A model generated the notes under the pieces. That model made no database searches and was not told the origin of the DNA. It was given only the letters and a program-made list of their open reading frames with translations. Shown in pieces: positions 51,001 through 64,000 of a stretch of DNA of 64,000 nt (positions are counted from its first letter, which is position 1; every line of letters begins with the position of its first letter). The DNA lies in NCBI GenBank assembly GCA_002633005.1, contig NMRA01000018.1, positions 1,251,531-1,315,530 of the forward strand, given 5' to 3'. This stretch comes from Phoronis australis. Taxonomy: Eukaryota > Animalia > Phoronida. The position numbers and the translations under genes were made by a program.

Positions 51001-53267
51001 AAACAGCCTACCCTAGAACAACTTGCACTAGTGCAACTTGCCCCATTTTTCGTGTTGCGCCCACACACACATCAAATAACTAGGGTAAGGCGGAAGTTGT
51101 CGTTCTGTGCATGACAATGAAATGAACAGCAGATTCGAATATGGCAAACAAAAGAAGACCTGTCTGTTATACAACCGCTGCTGACAATTTTTTCCGCCTT
51201 ACCCCAGGGTTGTGGCCACACATCAATTACAAGTGGTGCAACCTACCCTACCTTGATAAGGTGGAGTAAGTTGTCACAGGTGGGGCAAGTTGCACTAGTT
51301 CAAATAGCATCCACACAGCCCTCATTGAGTTGTCGCAACGTTAGAGACAAGCATAGCGACAACTCGTACCAGTAGTAACTTGTTCTAGGTAAAGTCTGTG
51401 TGTGGATGCCACTCTAGACTACTATGCTTCAATTTTTTTAACGACAGGTTGGTATTTTCCTAAAATTTGATAGATGATTTAAATCAATAAAACAAAGCTG
51501 AACTCTGTTGGTATACAATTTAGATTGGGGGCTACATAAAAGGGCTTCCTTTATTTGCACACGACCAGCCACCATCAGTACAGGTGTGAAGATCTGGACT
51601 CATCTCTCGTTATCAGTTCATACACATCACAGTGTTAGTGCATAGTGCACATCAGATTTAAGTGATAACACAATCAGGTGTTCTCCACAGCTAGTTTTCC
51701 TGTTCACATTAACCTAGCTCTACCGTCTATTTCAAATGATTGGCATGTACAAAAATAATTTCCTATTAACAAAACATTTTAAAATATTAGTAGAACACAA
51801 AATTGACTAACATTAAAGTTTTAAATCCCTGAATACGTAACAAATTGGTGACTAAAAAGTGCCTACACCTACAGAAAGAACATTATTTTACACATTAACA
51901 CCACATTCTTCCAGGTTAATGAGATAATTAGTTTTGACCTGGGGTCTGTTTTAAAAAAAGTTGATTAAGACTTAAGACAATTTGTGATGGTGTAAGAAAG
52001 TAGGATTTTCTGCAAAATTGCATACCCGGTATGTGTAAGTATGCCATTAGAAGTCAACTTAATGATTCTAAGAACTCAAAAGTGTACAACCATCAAGGTC
52101 CTCAAATGTTTTCTGGCTCCCCTGGAGAGAGGTGGCATATACGGTAGAAAGTATGATGGCTGACGTTCTCACAGCCATAGTTGCTACAGAAAAGAACATT
52201 TTTCGATTAAATGCTATGATGAAAAAGTTACCGTTTTGATGGAACTATAAAACAGTCATTTTTGCAACAGAATTCTATATACAGAAGAGGTAAATAGTCA
52301 CAAGGGGCCTGCATTTTCAGAACCAGTTTTCTCTTGAAACTGAATAACAGGTATCAAACTTAAGTTCTCAAAATCTGGGTCACCTGAAGCGCACTACTGC
52401 CCAGAAGTGTTTCATCTTTTATCAAGGTGTTGAATAACAAATAATACAGACCAAAAGTTTTTTTATTCAACTACAAATCAATAAAAAACACCTTGTAGGG
52501 TTTAAAGAGCCTCCAAAAAGGGTATTGGAAAAATAGGGTGACCTTTTTCGGCACATGATTCCAACAAATGTGGGTCTTTTAATTGTCCTTACTATTATAC
52601 TCCCTATCAGGGTGGCTACCTTGATTTCTCAGAAGTTAACTCTGTCAAAAACAGGATTGATTACACTCAGGTTTGGGAGTCCAGCTCTGCAGTGCTGACT
52701 TGGGAGTCCAAGTCTGCTGACATGGAGTCCAAGTCAAAATCCAATTATCTTACAATACACATATCAATAAACATGTTTGGTAACTGGCACTGAACTGATC
52801 AGCTCAAAAGCACATTTTCCATGAACTTTCAAATCAACTAAGAACTCTTTCAAGTCAAAACTTTAGCAGCCCAGGCCAGATCCCGAGAATGTGCGTTGTA
52901 AGTTGACCGGTCAGTAGGCCTATCAATTACTATCAATCACTGACTCACTTAGACGTCTAAGTCTGACAACTAATTATTTCCTCCATGCCCAATTGTCACT
53001 CATCCAATCCACTAAAGCTATCTCGGTTTTTCAATAATGCCCACCCGTTATACGACTTAAACAATCAATTACTTTGATCACATAACACGACCATCACAGA
53101 TGAGTGGTTACTGAGTGACGGAATCCCCGACCCCGGGAAGAAATCCGAGTCGGTGTCTGTGACAATTAGCTCACCTGGGCTGTCCAAGTCGGGGATAAAG
53201 CGCCATTCCTCGACTCCTGTGCGGAATCTAAATTCCCTCTGTCCAGCCTTATTTGTTTGTTGCCCAT
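25704..53267 (-). CDS. RSKR: Ribosomal protein S6 kinase-related AGC kinase (RSKR/SGK494/S6KL-like) with very long C-terminal tail, ~1817 aa
   Basis: Exons: 53175-53267 (MGNKQIR...TAQ), 46093-46311 (...SLFLPEFPV...FK), 41988-42071 (IAKGAYGNV...YAMK), 40555-40623, 38924-38996 (HPFIV), 37881-37988, 37262-37302 (IYRDLK), 35940-35967 (MENLL), 35097-35186 (DFG...CGTLHYM), 34396-34484 (APE...DWW), 33538-33648 (FPV...HVEM), 32236-32337, 25704-30050. All are GT-AG and in phase. LFLPEFP before the domain, RDLKMEN and FPV....H..M match the SGK494/S6KL subfamily. Exon 1 is the least certain assignment. Confidence 0.9.
27145..27279 (-). repeat. Coding 15-bp minisatellite, (ISQPG)x9
   Basis: Tandem attcctggttgtgat units, almost identical, in frame in the giant exon. 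Confidence 0.95.
30156..32064. repeat. Second apparent duplication (30156-31056 vs 31528-32064), likely uncollapsed haplotypes
   Basis: Near-identical intronic copies with a single N at 31527. Copy 1 carries insertions that copy 2 lacks. Confidence 0.88.
30478..30724. mobile_element. 247-bp MITE (PIF/Harbinger-like), polymorphic insertion
   Basis: TIRs gggcctgttccaagaaactg / cagttttgttggaacgagccc, flanked by CTG/CAG. The empty site ggtaCTGtattca is visible in copy 2 at 31837-31849. Confidence 0.85.
34698..34818. mobile_element. Short foldback/MITE remnant
   Basis: Imperfect ~32-bp inverted repeats tagtgttggaactctgaca...gcattg / caatgc...tgtcagattttcaacacta. Confidence 0.55.
36729..37103. 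repeat. 24-bp minisatellite, ~15 copies
   Basis: Consensus ggtgacatcctatgtgtttctagg, head-to-tail with no spacers, inside a kinase intron. Confidence 0.95.
37367..37466. repeat. 20-bp inverted repeat hairpin
   Basis: tgtcattttatgcactcaac / gttgggtgcataaaatgaca (1 mismatch). Confidence 0.65.
38233..38463. mobile_element. Diverged inverted copy of the 30478-30724 MITE family
   Basis: cgttccaaagaaactgaattggctaagacaaatctt matches the reverse complement of the other copy's 3' end. It ends gtttcttggaacgggccc. Confidence 0.75.
40498..40546. repeat. (AAC)n microsatellite
   Basis: Imperfect aac run next to a kinase exon donor site. Confidence 0.9.
43265..43586. mobile_element. Non-autonomous TTAA-flanked element (Kolobok-like termini)
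   Basis: ttaa-agggaca ... tgtccct-ttga ends around an AT-rich non-coding body. Confidence 0.55.
44110..44359. mobile_element. MITE with CAGGG termini (hAT-like)
   Basis: Perfect 12-bp TIR cagggcttggaa / ttccaagccctg with internal gaggaaa repeats. No 8-bp TSD is recognisable. Confidence 0.55.
45454..45558. repeat. Two-copy ~53-bp tandem repeat
   Basis: tgtgacac.attaacatgagacaggataaatgataaaaaggttttatcttgt occurs twice. Confidence 0.9.
49791..50667. mobile_element. Composite palindromic element(s) containing a tRNA-like cassette
   Basis: A perfect 22-bp palindrome (49852-49873), a minus-strand tRNA-like A/B boxes segment (49889-49959), a 164-bp near-perfect hairpin (50504-50667) ending at a TA run, and outer inverted motifs tataccaca / tgtggtata. 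Confidence 0.6.
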
Positions 53268-53420
53268 TTTAGTCAAGTTATATGTACATTTTAGCTACAT
53301 CCTGATCAACCACCTGACAACGAAAATACTTTCATGTTGGCGCTTTATCGATCGAACTTCCCTTTCGGCCTAGTTCGGGACGAACTCTCGCAAATTCTCG
53401 AGCATTTAGCGAGAGTCAAC
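53268..53420. promoter_or_regulatory. Bidirectional promoter region between RSKR-like kinase and DDX52
   Basis: Locally CpG-rich 153-bp interval between divergent ATGs at 53267 (-) and 53421 (+). Confidence 0.7.
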
Positions 53421-62446
<9,026 letters not shown>

Positions 62447-62532
62447 GTAAGTATTGTAATTAGCTCTGGCGTTATGGTTTTGTATGTTGTGACTGAATGT
62501 GGATAAAACTTGGTATTTTTGAGTACATTATA

Positions 62533-62921
62533 CAAGGGGGAATAAACAATTGGTCGGACTTCAAAACCAGCTGGCTGGACTGCAAAACCCAGTGGCTGGT
62601 GTTCTAACTTGGTGGTCGGACTTCAAAACGGGATATTCGGTACCTCAAAACCAGATGGCCACACCCAGAAAACTGGATGACTGGACCTAAAACAGGTTGA
62701 GTGGTGCTCAAACACAGTGGCAGAACATATCACCAGCCAACTGATTATTGCATTGGCTATTGTGTTTTGGGTCCAGCCAACTAGTTTTTTGGTGAGGCCA
62801 TCGCATTTTGAAGTCCGTACAACACGTATGATCACCAGCCATTTGGTTTTGCATTCCAGCCGAATAGTTTTAAAGTCTTAGCAAGTGGTTTTGAAGTCTG
62901 ACCAATTGTTGATTCCCCTTG
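62533..62921. mobile_element. Foldback MITE with long TIRs
   Basis: ~37-bp TIRs caagggggaataaacaattggtcggacttcaaaacca / tggttttgaagtctgaccaattgttgattccccttg, with mirrored internal subrepeats. Flanked on both sides by TTATA. Confidence 0.85.
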
Positions 62922-63113
62922 TTATAGTATACATGTGCATGTATCTGTAAGAGTCCATGAATTGTATTTGATATGTCTTCTTACATATGCCAGGAGTTTG
63001 TGGATTGCTCTAAGAAGTTTAATGTTGCATTCCACCCTGTTAAGACGGCTAAAAACGATAATCAAATTGGGCCCTTCACTATCATAAAATTGGTCTCATA
63101 ATATTCCTTAACT

Positions 63114-63249
63114 CATCACGTGACCTATTGAATATAAGTCTGAGAAGATTTCTGTCCCCAACCGGGCTCGAACCCTGGACCGTCTGCTAACTGTGCAGAT
63201 GCTCTAGTCACTGAGCCATCGAGACTTTTGTTCACTAGGTCACATGATG
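63114..63249 (-). mobile_element. tRNA-like sequence enclosed by 28-bp inverted repeats
   Basis: Minus-strand 63154-63225 has A-box TGGCTCAGTGA, B-box GGTTCGAGCCC and intact D and anticodon stems. Arms 63114-63141 and 63222-63249 match at 24/28. Confidence 0.7.
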
Positions 63250-64000
63250 TGGCCAACAGGTGGTGTGCAGACCAGACTTAAAATGTTTGTGATTCGTTAC
63301 TATGATTAGATTCTATTTCCATTGCTAATAAGGTAATCGAAACCATCAGTGACTTAAAAAAACACTTCCGAGTTGATTGGAGTTTGTCAATCCTAAAATT
63401 GTCAATTTGAAAATGATGCATTCAGGGTGCATTCATGGTGCATTGCCTGTGACTTGAGTTGGCAGCAAATTTGTCAGTGATTCAAGATGGCATGAGCATG
63501 GTAATGTTTTTAAGCCTGGAAATGATTAGATTAATAATTTAACATTGACAGATGCAGTTTCAAAGTGAATTGTTTTTGTGAATTTATTTAATTTAGTGCA
63601 AATATTTTTGAATTGTGCCAGTTTTATTTCTTATATTTCAACTTTCACTTATTAATTCATTTCATGTGTTCCATGACACTTTTCTTTGGAGCAAAAGCAG
63701 CTGAATACAACAATTGTGAAAAAAATTAATCATGTAGGGACCGTATCCCTTTTATGATTTTGGGTGATTTTGTAGGTTTTCTTTTTTTGTAAGTGTTTGA
63801 TGTGTTTCTTTCTTCAGCTATGCCATGAATTGATTAAGTTTTTAAATTCACACTCACTAGTTCTCTTTCTGATATTTTCTCCTGTTTAGAACACTGAAAA
63901 GCGTTTCATCAATCGATAAATGTTACTAAAAGCAAAACGTGAATTTTCATAAATTAGTCTTTGTGTGTTTAACGGGTATTGAAAAAAAGAAGTTGGTTCA

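Noticed and set aside
53334-53420. Upstream in-frame ATG extending DDX52
   Set aside because: Homology to DDX52 begins at MDAHDLF (53421, context caacATGG). The upstream part lies in the shared promoter interval.
63154-63225. Possible tRNA-Thr(AGT) gene
   Set aside because: The anticodon loop lacks U33, the T arm is mis-sized, and it is embedded in inverted repeats. Treated as tRNA-derived.

Overview
This is an AT-rich, intron-rich animal genomic window from a draft assembly. It is probably a marine invertebrate deuterostome (inferred from gene structure and repeat style) and is not prokaryotic. Four spliced protein-coding genes can be rebuilt by hand with consistent GT-AG phases. (1) Three T-box exons of Tbx20 (+, 2956-9139); its 5' end lies outside the window and its 3' end is not found, probably in or beyond a 979-N gap. 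(2) A 5-exon, 251-aa uncharacterised helical protein with an MGNLCDCL lipidation-type N-terminus (-, 15444-23734). (3) A 13-exon RSKR/SGK494/S6KL-type AGC kinase (-, 25704-53267, ~1817 aa) whose last exon is 4347 bp and adds a ~1450-aa Ser/Pro-rich tail. (4) The first 10 exons of DDX52/Rok1 (+, 53421 to beyond the window end), head-to-head with the kinase with only 153 bp between start codons. Two apparent tandem duplications, each joined by a single N, look like uncollapsed haplotypes and expose transposon presence/absence differences. Introns hold many MITEs, a THAP-bearing non-autonomous transposon, a T-tailed tRNA-derived SINE family, tRNA-like cassettes inside inverted repeats, and mini/microsatellites. 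No CRISPR, rRNA or convincing tRNA genes were found. All coordinates and alignments are manual and no database searches were run.
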